A stretch of DNA of 64,000 bases from Octopus bimaculoides (GCF_001194135.2 NC_068984.1:42456734-42520733); one strand, 5' to 3'. Numbered from the stretch's first letter, positions 38,339 to 52,368 are shown. The notes: generated by a model not told the origin, from the sequence alone. Program-made: numbers and translations.

Positions 38339-40885
38339 ATATGCTATATGTATGTATGGTTGCATGTATGTATGTATGTATGTATGTATTATGTATGTAT
38401 GTATGTATATATGTATGTATGTTGGAATATAGTATGGAAATTGGAAAATCGCTTGTGGTCTCAACGTGGTTTCCCTACAGATATTAAAGTGAAGATTTAT
38501 GTGTGTTGTCTTACCTGGTATATGACTGTAAGAAGTGGGTAATGGGTGACCTATCAAAAGCATTTGAAACAGCTGGGTCACTGTTGAAAGAGGGGAGCTA
38601 TTTTGCCATGAATTTTATAACTTTATTTAGGCAAAATTTAGTTGAACCAGATCGTATTTCCAACCTGGTTCAATCCACCGTACACTAAAATTTACATTTT
38701 TTTTATTGTAGCAGGTAAGCTATCAGCTGCTGTGTTTTTCAAATGGCACAGACTTCGTTGTTGGCCTGCTTCTACTCTTATCGACCTCATAGACAGTCAC
38801 TTGAAAATAATTTTTATAAAATTACATATAGCTATAGGAATTTTTAATTAATATCTATTGGATGACTGGGATCTGAATGTATATGCAGAGGTCGATTATT
38901 GGGTTTTGTTGAGGGTTCGTATAAATCGTGGTTTATGTCGTGGTTTCCTAAAAGATGACAGATATCTGGTAGTTACTATTACTTTTTTCAAGTTAAGCTG
39001 TTTAAAAGCAGTTCTGTAACAACTCAGTTATTTTCCAAATAAACTTGAACTGTTTTGGAAATTGTTTCAAGTGTCTCAAACATTTTCTTTACACTATGTG
39101 TCTTAAAAGACATTTCTGTAAATTATAACCATTTCCGTATAAATTTTCTCACGATGACAGAAAAGAAGTTGAAATTTTTTGTTCACTGATTTTTTTATAT
39201 ATTATACTAGAATATTACATGTCTTGTAACAGATGATGTTTGATCATTGTGGTTATTATTTCATAGGTACAATAATTATAAATTTTCTTTTCTGAATTTT
39301 GACGAGCTCGTACAAAATAACGTAAATATTTAGACAATTAAAACCAAACTAAATAAGAGATTTGTATATGTGCAATAAATATATACTATTAATGACAATA
39401 GTTTTGATTACCTATCAAATAATTATAGTTGTAACACTAAATGATATTACCCATGAGGGAAATTGTGTTCCCAACATTACTCCTAATGTAACATTCATGT
39501 TTTCTATAAGTATCGAGAAACTTGAAAGAAGTAAATTCTTAATTTTTGTACCTGTGTGACTGCCTGATATTACACGCAGTGGCAGAAGTATATTTCTAAT
39601 ATTACTCGCCCTACGGCGAGTAAAACTTGTTACTATATACTTTACAGGAGAGATAAGTGTAATAGGATCGGAATTATGTTCTTTAGTTTAACTTGACAAA
39701 ACAACAATAAACCTTATTAGTATGAAGTACTTACTAATGAATCTTTTCTCTTTGGAGTATTCCTGTGTCTATATTTTTCAAATGTTCTTTTATCATTTTC
39801 GTTCTTTTGTCTTTTCTACTTTTATTCATCTTGTGTCTCTCCTTTCTTCAGATTCAATTTATATGTGTAAGCACGAGTATATTTCTTTTTATTTTATATT
39901 CTTTCTTATACCTTCTCTATTATTCTTATCTATACACTTACTTTAGCTATTATGTCTTCCTTTTCCTTTTCTCTTTTTTACATTTATTTTTTATATAGTC
40001 ATACACTTCGTCTCGTATATTTTCTCCCATCTTATTTCGGTTATTTTTTCTGAATAAAAAAGACAACAGGTCTGTAAGCCAGAGATTGAAAATGCGAGTA
40101 ACAAACAAGAACAAAAACAAGAGACGTTCATAGTTAATCCTATTAAGTTGTTGCTCAAAGAAGACATAAATGTTATAGAGTAAAATTTATCTAGAAAGAG
40201 TTATAACGTTTTGCACATAGTTCTTCGTCAGACACTTGAGGTGAGGAAACTGGGAAGAGAATGAAGAGAGGAAAATACTGTTAGAGTCATTAGAAATCCA
40301 TCATTGATGGTGGTGCAATAAAAATCATTGACTCTGATTTGAATTAACTGTTCACAATTCCACGTTAAATATACAGGAATATATATGAACAGAAAGTCAT
40401 ATGGGAACCTCTTACTGATAAAATAATAAACTGATGATTTCACTTGCTTCTATTAGCTCATGCACAGAAGAGAGATGCCAGCATTGGGAAAGAACATAAA
40501 ATTTATTTTCCAAGTTTTCCCTATAGTAAGTCTTTTTGTGTGTTTGTTATTATTTTTAGAAGACATCAACTTCGAAGACATTCTATTACAATTATTATGT
40601 TCTTTATTTCAAAGTCGCCTCTCTCTCATTGTTTAGCTAAAAGTATTACATAAAGGGAAAATAATAACCAGTTAAAATACTTTCATTTAATATTTTGGGG
40701 CAACCATCTTCGATAGAATTACGAATGGAGAGCAGCATCTAACATTCAGGTATTTTACTTAAAAAGTAACTAGGTAAATATCGATTTTTTTAACGCAGGC
40801 ATGACATAACATAACTGTATATTTTAATGAGACAGATATAAACATGTACACCGATCCCAATACATGTATGGTACTAATATCAATA

Positions 40886-41202
40886 GTGCAGGCGCAATGG
40901 CCCAGTGGTCAGGGCAGCGAACTCATTGGTCGGAGGATTGCGGTTTCGATTCCCAGACCAGGCGTTGTGTGTGTTTATTGAGCAAAAACACCTAAAGCTC
41001 CACGAGGCTCCGGCAGGGGGTGGTGGCAACCCCTGTTGTACTCTTTCGCCCCAACTTTCTCTCACTCTTTCTTCGTGTTTCTTGAGTAACGCTGCGATGG
41101 ACTGTCGTCCCGTCCAGCTGGGGGTGGGGGGAACACATACGCCATAGAAACCGGGAAACCGGGCCCATGAGACTGGCTAGGCTTTAAAAGGGCGGAAAAA
41201 AA
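40886..41202 (+). mobile_element. SINE family C variant with a different 3' half and 13-bp TSD
   Basis: The first ~195 nt match 35756-35950. TSD acta(a/g)tatcaata at 40873-40885 and 41203-41215. The tail is A-rich. Confidence 0.9.
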
Positions 41203-42767
41203 ACTAGTATCAATATTGAAGTGATGACCGCTCAAAATCAACGCTGCGGCAGGATTTGAACTCAGATCATAAATGAAAGTTAATTAAACATTGCATATCA
41301 GTTACTTACGCGTATATTCTACTGTGTCATTAAATCCACTGCCTCGCCAACCCCATCGGCTTTGAGAAAGAGATATTAAGAACGTTACAAGAACAGATAG
41401 CAAAAACAGAAGCTCAAACAACATAATGAAAACAACATATAGCCGAAAAACAGAAAATCAAGATGCAACATAAGATACTGAAAACTAAAAAAATAAAAAT
41501 GATATATATATGCGTGTGTTTGTGTGTGTGTGGTATATGTATATTTATGTACATATATACATTACACACATATACATATACACACACATTCACACGCATA
41601 TGCACATACATGCGTATATTAGGCTGTGTGGCATTGAGATGTGTCAGCTTGTCTTCTTTTAGTATAAACTGTTGCTGGGATTTCTCAGGGAGCGCACCAA
41701 ATAGCTCTCTACTTTATATGTTTAGTGAAGTTTTATTTGTGTGCCTTCGCGCTTGTAACACGACAGGGGCTCACTGGGTTGTTCTCAACCTATTTGTAGA
41801 GGCCGAGAGAGATAAGTGAGTCGAGTTAGTAGGATCCAGTTCGTATTTCTGTGGGACTCATTCGCACCTTATGGCGTATGTAAAAAATAGACGTCCTCAC
41901 AGTGATATACATTTGCACATGCAGCGCATATGAAACACACATATATATATTTACATACATGTATATATATGTATGCGTATGTATTTATATTTCATTATAC
42001 GTACACATGTAAATATGTATATACACATATACATATGTATGTATATGCGCAAATATATGTATATAATGTGTTTATATAAATATATATATATATGTGTATG
42101 TGTGTGTGCGCGCGCACAAATATAGTCTTACATATACACATTTGTATATATGTACATGTACATACACTTAGACATACGCGTATGAATATGCAAATGGATC
42201 CTCCATAGGTTTCGACGATGAGTATTCCTGTTGTTCAGAAAATGAATTACTGACAAGCTAATTACCGTTTAATGAGCTGCCACCGTTTAACGAGTTCCAG
42301 TTTCGCTTACTCATAATGTTTAAGCGAACCCACATCAATGGAATGTGCGACGGGCCAAAATGTAACGCTGTAGGATTGAACCCGGGACGTCATCACTGCA
42401 AGATCAACTTCTTAAGTGCATGAGTATAAATGTATGATGCACATAAATTCCCAAGCATATGCACGTACATATGTGTGTTTATGAATGTGTATGTATGTAT
42501 ATAAGAATATGTGTGCGTCCAAATCCAATTGTATATGTGTGTGTGTGTGTGTTTAAATCCAATTGTATATATATATATATATATATNNNNNNNNNNNNNN
42601 NNNNNNNNNNNNNNNNNNNNNNNNNNNNNNNNNNNNNNNNNNNNNNNNNNNNNNNNNNNNNNNNNNNNNNNNNNNNNNNNNNNNNNNNNNNNNNNNNNNN
42701 NNNNNTATATATATATATATATATATATATATGCGTACTTTTGCATACATACATATACAAATGTATA

Positions 42768-43465
42768 CAGGGTGTTCGGGTCAAATTTGACGAATTTTTG
42801 TCTCCTTTTTTCCAAGAACAGCTTGATGTATAGGTGAATAGTAAACGGCGTTCGAGAGCATAAAGATTAATGTTGTATTTGAGAAAAAGGTAATTGTCAT
42901 TGAAGGCTGGAAACCAGCGGAATATTGGAAAACGTAACCTGTGTCATGATGATAAGCGCTGGGTATCAAAATGACGACACCTTAACTGTAGCTCAATGTT
43001 CAGTGAACACTTAAAAGGCTATAAGACGTGACCTGGACAGATCCATCTGAGAATACGAAGCTGTGGCCAGCAGGAAGGGACACAGCAAGTGCTCTGACTG
43101 CGTCGGTACAGCGGTATTGAAAAGAGCCTTTGGCTTAATTCATACGGCTATATGAAACTGCGCGAGATTGTGGTCAAACTTTGGCTGGGGAGGGTTGTTG
43201 TTGGAAGGCTATTCGTGGCAGCAGGATTCAGCTCCTTGCCATACCTCCTGAAAGAATCAGAAGTACTTGTCGGAGAATTTCTACGACTTTGCTAACCCCA
43301 TTTTTCGAACTCCAAATTCGCCCAATTGTAATCCCATGGATTATTATGTGTGAGATGCGATTGAGAAAGACAACCTCTTCACTGTCACACCAAAGCCAAG
43401 CTGGGGGCTTAGGTCAAGGTGCTAATCGATGATCTTCCCAGAGACATTGTGAAGAACGCATACAC
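42768..43465 (+). mobile_element. Tc1/mariner DD37D (maT-like) transposon, internally deleted
   Basis: Starts TA|cagggtgttcgggtcaaatttgacg. It reads MMISAGYQND..EYEAVASRKGHSKCSDCV, then QQDSAPCHTS..LSENFYDF..PNSPNCNPMDYYV and LIDDLPRDIVKNAYTRF. Confidence 0.85.
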
Positions 43466-43617
43466 CAGGTTCGGGCATGTGCATTGTTTGTTTTTGATTT
43501 TGTCAACTACACAGTATAGTAGGGTCAGTTGGGCACCATCTGTGAGAAAAAACAGCACTATGACGCAAATCGCCATGCCAGAAATTTGGAAACAGCATGT
43601 ACTGCTTGGTAGGTGAT

Positions 43618-43802
43618 TACGAAGGTGTTTGGAGTGATCACTAGTGATGGTGACGTTATGGCTTCATTCATTTTCCCACACGGTCTCAGATTCAACACGG
43701 AGGCCTACATCAAGTGCCTGAACGAGGTAGTGCTGTCCTGAGTCAAGAGGGTGGCTGTTGAAAGACCCTGTATCTGGCAACAGGACTCTGCACCATGTCA
43801 CG
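43618..43802 (+). mobile_element. Second maT-like transposase fragment
   Basis: VFGVITSDGDVMASFIFPHGLRFNTEAYIKCLNEVVLS*VKRVAVERPCIWQQDSAPCH. Confidence 0.85.
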
Positions 43803-43972
43803 TTATAATAAAAACAACTTCGAATTAATCTGAGCGGTTACACTACTCTATTATAGAGTACGAATTTATTATTCTTAAACAAGGATATTGTCAAACAAGA
43901 ATATATATGTGTATGTGCGTGCGTGCGTATGTGTGTGTGTGTGTGTGTGTGTTTATTTTACTTATTTCAGTC

Positions 43973-44003
<31 letters not shown>

Positions 44004-44759
44004 TGTATGTATGTATGAATGTATGTATGCATGCATGTATGCATGTATGTATGTATTTATGTATGTATGTATGTATGTATCAGAAGAAGATTACAGAAAT
44101 ATGTGAAATTAATAGTAACTGATACAATTGTCTTTCTCAGCCATATAATGTTATATATTTTATTGTAAAGTAATAATATTTTTGGAAACAATGCAAATGC
44201 CATCTTGAAACTTCAGACTTCAAAGCCAAGGGAAACAGGTATGTAGTATGTCAGCCTTCTAGAAATAGCAACCACATCTCTTCAACAACGACCTTACGAT
44301 CTTAAATACGCTGTGTCAATAAAAGACAGTACGTCTGTGGCAGAAATACATTTGATCATATATATCCTTGAACAGTTACTAGAACAACATGTTATACATA
44401 GTCAAATGCATGTAACATCAATTATATTATTATTTATACATCTAACCCAGCATGAATACTAAAAGTAGTCAGTAAAATATAATACACCTGTCTATTTGGT
44501 GTTATCTTAAATATTTTGTCTACCAGGTGGCAGGTGTAAGGAGAGCTGATTTGTGCAATTTATCGCAGTTACCAACCAAACTTGTAACAATATGCAGATT
44601 ATATTCACGTACTTGAAAGCTAATTAGCATTTGTGTATGTTTTATGAATATTAATTTCTAGGTAGGAGTATAAGGTCTAAAACAAAATATAGAAATTTAA
44701 ATAGCCACCAACCTTCCTTTACGTTGCTTATGTCATATCATTGAGTGTTTGGGATATAA

Positions 44760-47478
44760 TGCGACAATGACTCATTCCAAGAAAAATTTGTTTTACTCTA
44801 TGTAAACGTCTCGACCTTTAGTGCTAATGGGTGATTGGAATATCATCTTAGACATTCGCTTAGATTGTGTGAGGCTAGCTGTTAGAAAAGTGGTGATTTG
44901 CCCTAAAAAGAGAAATTGAAGTAGAATGAATTATGTTTAGTAAGGCATCAGCGACAGAAAGAAGTAGAATAGATTGAAACTTAGAAACTTAGAAGAGCCG
45001 CTCAGGAAAGGCGTTGCAATCAACGTACTGGCGAAATTGACTCTGGACCAATTCAACGCTAAGCACGAAGGATATAAAAATGAGGAAACGGAAGCCGCTC
45101 AACGGGACCGAGAGGTAGAGGTAAAACGTGGCAACAAATCCACAATTCGGTCTTTGGTGGACCAAACTAGGCGCACAGCATTCGAGCCCGAGACGTTGTG
45201 TACGGCATTTCAACAGCATGTTGCGCGGCTGTTTGGGACAAATGTCAGACCGTATGCAAGAGGGAGGAACATTACGAAATGCCGATAACAACTGCGGAAA
45301 TACATGATGAGATGATGGGCTGCACAGAGGGTAAATGGTTTGGTTTGGATGGTCTGCTCCGTGAGCTATACTTTTACATGTCAGACTTGTTTGGCAGCCT
45401 GTTAACCGATATCTACCTCAACTGGCAGCAGAACAGGAGAATTCCTAATTCTCTGAGTCAAGGGGCGGTAGCACTGCTGAGAAAGAACACAAACAATGGG
45501 GATTAATGGAAAATTTTAGGCACGTAACGTAGACTTCAAAATTTGAACCAAGGTTTTAGCATATAGGTTGGCGCTTGTTGTCAAGGAACTGATTTGTGAT
45601 GCGCAAACATGCGAAATCTCAAGCAGATTAATGCTCGACAACCTCCACCTCATACAATACATCATAGGCAGAGTGGATAGAGGAGTTGGCATGGGTTGAG
45701 CCCAAATCAATTGGGATCAATCTGAAGCCTTTGATAAGGTCGACCACCAATACTTGGCAGCCGTTCTCACAGTGGCCCGATGTTTTCCGTGGCTGTATCG
45801 ATGCAATGTACAGCGACATCTACTCGGTAGTTCAGATGAACGGTTACCTATTGGAACCATTCAGTATCATGCGTTCGGTCCGTCAAGGGTGTCTACTCTC
45901 GTCTCTTCTGTATGTACCGGCTCTAGAGACACTACTATAGAAATTGGAGACGTTGAGAAGCATCTCGCGCGAACTAGGACGTGGGAGAACCGTGTCAGCA
46001 TACGCAGACAACGTCACCATCATAGTGTCGGAATCTAGGCGCATAAATCTGGTCAGCACTGCTGTAAGAGACTACGATTTGGTGAGAGGAGCAAAAATTA
46101 ACCAAGAAAAGCCAGTGGCCTACAGCTTAGAGTCTGGTTTGGTCCGGATCTCCAGGTAGAGAAGTACTTGAACTACGTGACGAGCAGGGTGGCCAATCAC
46201 ACCTAGAAATGCGATGAGAGAAAGCCATCCCTAAAACGTCGGGCAGAAGAGGTAAATACATTGACTTCGCTATATCTTATCGACTTACCACCGTGCCTTG
46301 CCCATGCGTACGTGTAACCAAACTGGAGTGCATACTCTTCCGCTTTCTGCAGAAGGGACGCGTTCCACTGGTCAGGCGCTCCATTTGATGTCAACTCTTA
46401 CTGAATGGAGAGCTGGACATGCCGTGGCTGCTGATTCTCGGAGATGAGCTGAGGCTATGACATCAGCGCTTCCTTGAGGATGTGCAGGTGTGATCGTCGT
46501 TTGTCAGACAGGATTTTTACAGCTCGTCTCCTTGTGCTGCTGTCCTGGATCGAGCTTAGACCGAGGCAGGGTGCGTGGCATCTAGAGTGTTATCAGGTGC
46601 TCATAATCCTCTGTCAGTAGAGCAATTCGGTCGGTGGAAGTTCCACTCTGGCGTTCTATAGAGGGTTAGTAGCAGGGAAATGCGATGACGTTCTTCAGGA
46701 GAATCTGGATGTCGACAAGAATAAACTAACTTCTTTGTTCCGGAGGACTTTCCTGCTGGGGCTAATGGATTATTTCCAGAAATCCTTGACCTCTCAATGA
46801 TACTGGGAAGCATTACCGGTTTGGAATAAACTCCACAGACATGGAAGTGTAATCAGCCGAGCTTACCAGAGATGCGCGCAGAACGACGAAACTGCACGCT
46901 CTCGTATTGCTGTGGGCTTATGTCGAACACTTGCTATCACGTGTAGGACGGAACCAGCTTTCGATTGAGTCCGTTGTGGAGAAGGTCCCGCCACCTCCAT
47001 TGATCAGCAAGGGCAGGCAGTTTTTATTTGTGTGGCAGTCTTAGTGAAAGACGTTGTGGTGGACCTTATTGAAACGGTTGAAGACAGATACTTTCCTCTT
47101 TTCTAACTCCTCATCAATTATTTCGAGTTTCACATGAAAAGGAAAGTGAGAGTAGAGTGGGAAGTGTTGCCTCCTTGCAATTTTGCTGAAAGGCTGGTGA
47201 ATGTGGGCAGAACGATCTGAGTGAACGGGCCTACGCTAAGTACGCGTCTATAGTCGATAAGGATAGGGCACTGGCTCTACTGGTCAGGGTGTCCGAGGTT
47301 TTCTGGGGTTTCCACGAGCAGTCCTTGAAAGTCACCCTCTTTCGGCAAATTTTTCATTGTTATAATTTATTTTATAATTTTCAGTTTACACGCTCCATTT
47401 TATGTAACCCTACTGAGTATCGTCTTGTACCGGTCCCCAATGTTATTTTTTATGAACCTTTAGTGGTGAATAAATAAA
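44760..47478 (+). mobile_element. Decayed Tx1/L1-clade LINE (APE endonuclease end, RT and C-terminal region)
   Basis: LVLMGDWNIILD (~44820), FDKVDHQYL, SVRQGCLLSSLLY, SAYADNVTI, GAKINQEK. The 3' UTR ends in aataaataaa just before an (ATT)n tract. There are many frameshifts. Confidence 0.88.
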
Positions 47479-47481
47479 CCA

Positions 47482-47484
47482 TCA

Positions 47485-47557
<73 letters not shown>

Positions 47558-47585
47558 CATCATCATCATCATCATCATCATTATT
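47482..47585. repeat. (ATC)/(ATT)n microsatellite
   Basis: Direct reading. Confidence 0.95.
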
Positions 47586-48125
47586 GAGCGAGTGAGCAGT
47601 GCAAGCCATGAAAGTGAGAATGGGGTAAAATATACGAAGCCCAGTATAAGCATCATGAACTAACCGTCTGATAAAGGTACACGAGGCACATGCATCACAA
47701 CCATATGTGCGCGACATGGCGATCTCATATCAAGATAAACAGCGCATGATCTTGCATATGGGGACCCAGTTAAAATTTTCTTAAGGTCGAGTAGCTCATC
47801 CTGCTCAAATGGTCCTTGAATAAGGGTTCTTTAAGGATGTTGAACGAAACAACCATGTTTCCACAGGTGAATTATTCCTCTCAACACATAGCTATGATGC
47901 TCCCCCACTACTTCTGCTCATGATCAGAGATGCACATATCGTCAGCCACCAAGGGACATGCTCAACTGGTTAAGGTCAAACAAATAACAGCCAAATCTGT
48001 GGCGTTGAGCAGAATATTTGCTGTAGCCAATCTTTTATACCAAGACAAAACAATGTTCATGATAACACTTCTAATCAGTTAAGATCAGAAGCCATGAGAG
48101 CCATTGCCTGATACTGTATCAGAGC
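47583..48125. repeat. Unclassified ~540-bp non-coding module bounded by (ATT)n tracts
   Basis: Complex sequence with no clear ORF between two ATT arrays. From memory it resembles a recurrent octopus repeat, which is unverified here. Confidence 0.45.
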
Positions 48126-48157
48126 TATTATTATTAGTATTCTAATTATTATTATTA

Positions 48158-49570
48158 CCTTTGAACAGCTTTTAACGCTGGAGACATACTACGGTGTCAG
48201 CTGTTCAATACCAGTGAACTAAGGTAACACCTCTTATTTTTCGAGCACCTTCCGGAGTATTCGAGCGCTCCCGAGCAGTGCTGTTTTCTGCAAGTGCTCC
48301 ACTCTTATTTCAGCCCCTATTTGTTCCATGTAATTCTCGAAATTTTTACTCACTGTTCTCAGGGCTCCGACAATAATTGCTACCACTACCGCCTTTTTCA
48401 TCGACCACAACTGCTTTACCTCCCAAGCTAAACTGTCACACCTATCGACTTTTCTTTCTTTCTTATCGCTTACCTTGTTGTCAGCTGGACATGCTATATC
48501 TATGATCCAACATAGTTTGGCATCTTTCTCAATTATTACTATGTCTAGCTACATATTCTCTATCTCATGGTCACACTGAATCATAAAATCCTACAGGATC
48601 TTTGCATTATCATTTTCGATGATGCCTTCGGGTTTGTGGTCATACTAATTTTTAGATTCTGCACTTGTCACTTTCTGATGTGTTGTCTACTCAGTATTTT
48701 ATGTAGTTTGTTCTTAGTGCTTGCTCTTAGGCAGCACAGATTAAAGCCTCCGTTTCCGGTTTTAAATCACTTTTAGTCATCCACAGCCATCTTTGTTTTT
48801 CTGTCTGTCTTATTATCTTCAACATCACTATGAAATTGTCCATGCATTCTTTTCTTTACCCATCTATTTTCAGTTTCAATCGTTTTCAATTGCTTGTACA
48901 GTGCTTTATCTTTGCAATCTTTCATCCTATACAAGCCTGACCTTCTTGCTTCTAATAATAACGGTTCTGTGGCATTTTTTTACATACCATGCTATGTTGT
49001 TTTCTACTGCTCTAATGCTGTGTTCGCATCCAATAAGTCCTCTTACCCCTCTTTTTCTTGGTACATATAGTCTGACTGTGCCATTTTTAGGTGGAGTGTT
49101 CCATATCTAGTTAGCAACTTCCTTGTCTTTCTGTCTAAGCAGTTTAGTTCGTCTACTATCCATGTGATTACCCCTGCTCCATATCTAAGGAGTGAAACCG
49201 CCCAGGTGTTGATAGCTTCGATCTTATTCTGTACGTTTAATTTCGACTTCAGGATCAGTCTCAGTCTGCGCAAGTACTCCACCATAAATTTTTCTGTCAT
49301 TTGTTTCTCCATCAATTTCTCCATTTCCAAAATCCCCAAGTACTTATAACCCGTCTCTTCTATCTGCTTCATAACCTCCCCCGACGGTATCGATAGCCCA
49401 TCCATACATTTGATTTTGTCTCTCTTCAAGACCAACACACCACACTTTCTCAGTCCGAACTCTATTCTGATATCAGCACTGAAGGTATACACCGTATCAA
49501 CGAGGGAACTAACTTAGGCTTCATCTTCACCATAAAGTTTGTGATCATCCATGAACAACAAATGGTTATG
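48158..49570 (-). mobile_element. 5'-truncated Dong/R4-clade non-LTR retrotransposon inserted in (TAA)n
   Basis: NHLLFMDDHKLY, FGLRKC, YKYLGILE, AINTWAVSLLRYGAG, LDRKTRKLLT and C-terminal IIVGAL..LQKTALLGSARILRKVLEK*. TAA repeats lie at both ends. Confidence 0.9.
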
Positions 49571-49775
49571 GTAACTAATGGTAACTAATTATTATTATTA
49601 TTATTATTATTATTATTGTTATTATTATTATTATTATTAATTTACGATTTCTAATTGTAGCACAAGGTCACAAAAATATATATAGATAATTCAGTAATTA
49701 TTAATCATACTCAAGTTTTAAATGGTACGTCATTTCATACGAGCCAAATAATCACTATATTATATATGCATATAT

Positions 49776-49846
<71 letters not shown>

Positions 49847-50336
49847 CACATATATATATACATATATACATACATACATACATACATACATACATACAGA
49901 TATATGGAGTGAGGGATAATTAGGAAGACAGATAAATAGATATAGATATAAAAGTAGATATATCGAGGTGTAATGACATCATTGCTTGTCTCTCAATCAG
50001 CAATCAGGTTTATTGGCAAATCTCCATCATTTCGAAACATATGTCAGTCAGAGTGACTCAATTACACTTACAGGTGTATCCGTGTTCATGATATGACTCA
50101 CCTGATAAACTACACTAATAACTTGACACCGATTAATTCATTGAAGGTCAATATTAGAAGAAAAACAAGTCGAATGTTTATCTTGCACTCTACATATGCT
50201 GTGAATTAGGAAGTTACCATAACACATATCACACCATGTTTCAATATTATACATTTACACCTCATACGCACATGCATATTTACATACTTACATACATATA
50301 TATATGTGTGTGTGTGTATGTATGTATGTATGTATG

Positions 50337-50372
<36 letters not shown>

Positions 50373-50537
50373 GTGTCTGTGTTTGTGTGCAGCCAGTACA
50401 CAGTTATATATGTATTACACTTTAGCATACAAGATCACATGCATTAATCTTTTTTTATCCATGACATATCTGTGTATGCTTCCCACCGCACTCTCTATCA
50501 CTCTCTCTTTCTCTCTTTCTCTCTTTCTCTCTCTCTA

Positions 50538-50598
<61 letters not shown>

Positions 50599-50973
50599 CT
50601 TTCTCTCTCTTGCTCTCTCACACTCTCTCTTTCTTTATATGATTCTGAACGAGGTGTGTAATTAACACAAACTCACTTAAATGACATCTGAAGCAAAATA
50701 CTACGACTAGCGTTGTTGTGCGTTCGTCTGTCTGTTGCCTCACTTTACACCTGCTATTACTCTCTACTACGGTTTTGAGCACTCTTTCTTTCGAAAGTCA
50801 GAACTAAACCTGTATAAACATAAGTGTGTGTGTGTATATATTAGTCCGTGTGTGTTTGTGTATGTGTGTATCTATGTATTTATGTTTCTATGTCTGTATG
50901 TGTGTATGTATGTATGTACCTATGTATGTATGTGTGTGTGTATGTATGTATGGGTGAGAGACAGAGATGAAAC

Positions 50974-51024
<51 letters not shown>

Positions 51025-52329
51025 GAGAGTAAGAGCAACAGACAGATACATTATAACTGTTACTGAGTGATGGTTACATAATCCTCATATAAATATAAGT
51101 ATATTTATGTATGTATGTACGTACATACATACTTACATACATACTTACATATATACATACATACAAACAAACGTACGTACATACATACTTTCATACATAC
51201 ATACTTACATACATACATATTATGTAAGTATGTATGTAATTATGTATGTATATATGTAAGTATGTATGTAAATATGTACGGAAGTATGTATGTATGTATA
51301 TATGTATGTATGTAAATATGTATGTATGTACNNNNNNNNNNNNNNNNNNNNNNNNNNNNNNNNNNNNNNNNNNNNNNNNNNNNNNNNNNNNNNNNNNNNN
51401 NNNNNNNNNNNNNNNNNNNNNNNNNNNNNNNNNNNNNNNNNNNNNNNNNNNNNNNNNNNNNNNNNNNNNNNNNNNNNNNNNNNNNNNNNNNNNNNNNNNN
51501 NNNNNNNNNNNNNNNNNNNNNNNNNNNNNNNNNNNNNNNNNNNNNNNNNNNNNNNNNNNNNNNNNNNNNNNNNNNNNNNNNNNNNNNNNNNNNNNNNNNN
51601 NNNNNNNNNNNNNNNNNNNNNNNNNNNNNNNNNNNNNNNNNNNNNNNNNNNNNNNNNNNNNNNNNNNNNNNNNNNNNNNNNNNNNNNNNNNNNNNNNNNN
51701 NNNNNNNNNNNNNNNNNNNNNNNNNNNNNNNNNNNNNNNNNNNNNNNNNNNNNNNNNNNNNNNNNNNNNNNNNNNNNNNNNNNNNNNNNNNNNNNNNNNN
51801 NNNNNNNNNNNNNNNNNNNNNNNNNNNNNNNNNNNNNNNNNNNNNNNNNNNNNNNNNNNNNNNNNNNNNNNNNNNNNNNNNNNNNNNNNNNNNNNNNNNN
51901 NNNNNNNNNNNNNNNNNNNNNNNNNNNNNNNNNNNNNNNNNNNNNNNNNNNNNNNNNNNNNNNNNNNNNNNNNNNNNNNNNNNNNNNNNNNNNNNNNNNN
52001 NNNNNNNNNNNNNNNNNNNNNNNNNNNNNNNNNNNNNNNNNNNNNNNNNNNNNNNNNNNNNNNNNNNNNNNNNNNNNNNNNNNNNNNNNNNNNNNNNNNN
52101 NNNNNNNNNNNNNNNNNNNNNNNNNNNNNNNNNNNNNNNNNNNNTTATGTAGTCGGCACTTAATGTATATCGGCTGAATGGACGTCAGTGATTGGTTGAA
52201 ATTATCGAAATAAGACAATTTTTTACATGAAATAAATTCGAATACAAAAATATTTTTCTGTTCTATAACACAAAATAGATAAGTATACGAAGTTTGAAAG
52301 TCTTTCGGTACCAAAAACACTACGTAAAA

Positions 52330-52368
52330 CATTAATGAAAAATGTGGCCCCCGTTTTAAAAAAGATCC
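52330..52368 (+). repeat. Short shared repeat terminus, also at 14555-14595
   Basis: ttaatgaaaaatgtggccc(c)cgttttaaaaaagatcc occurs at both sites. Confidence 0.7.

Noticed and set aside
38503-38688. ORF containing GDLSKAFE (RT-like DLSKAFD)
   Set aside because: An isolated motif with no other RT motifs at the expected spacing.
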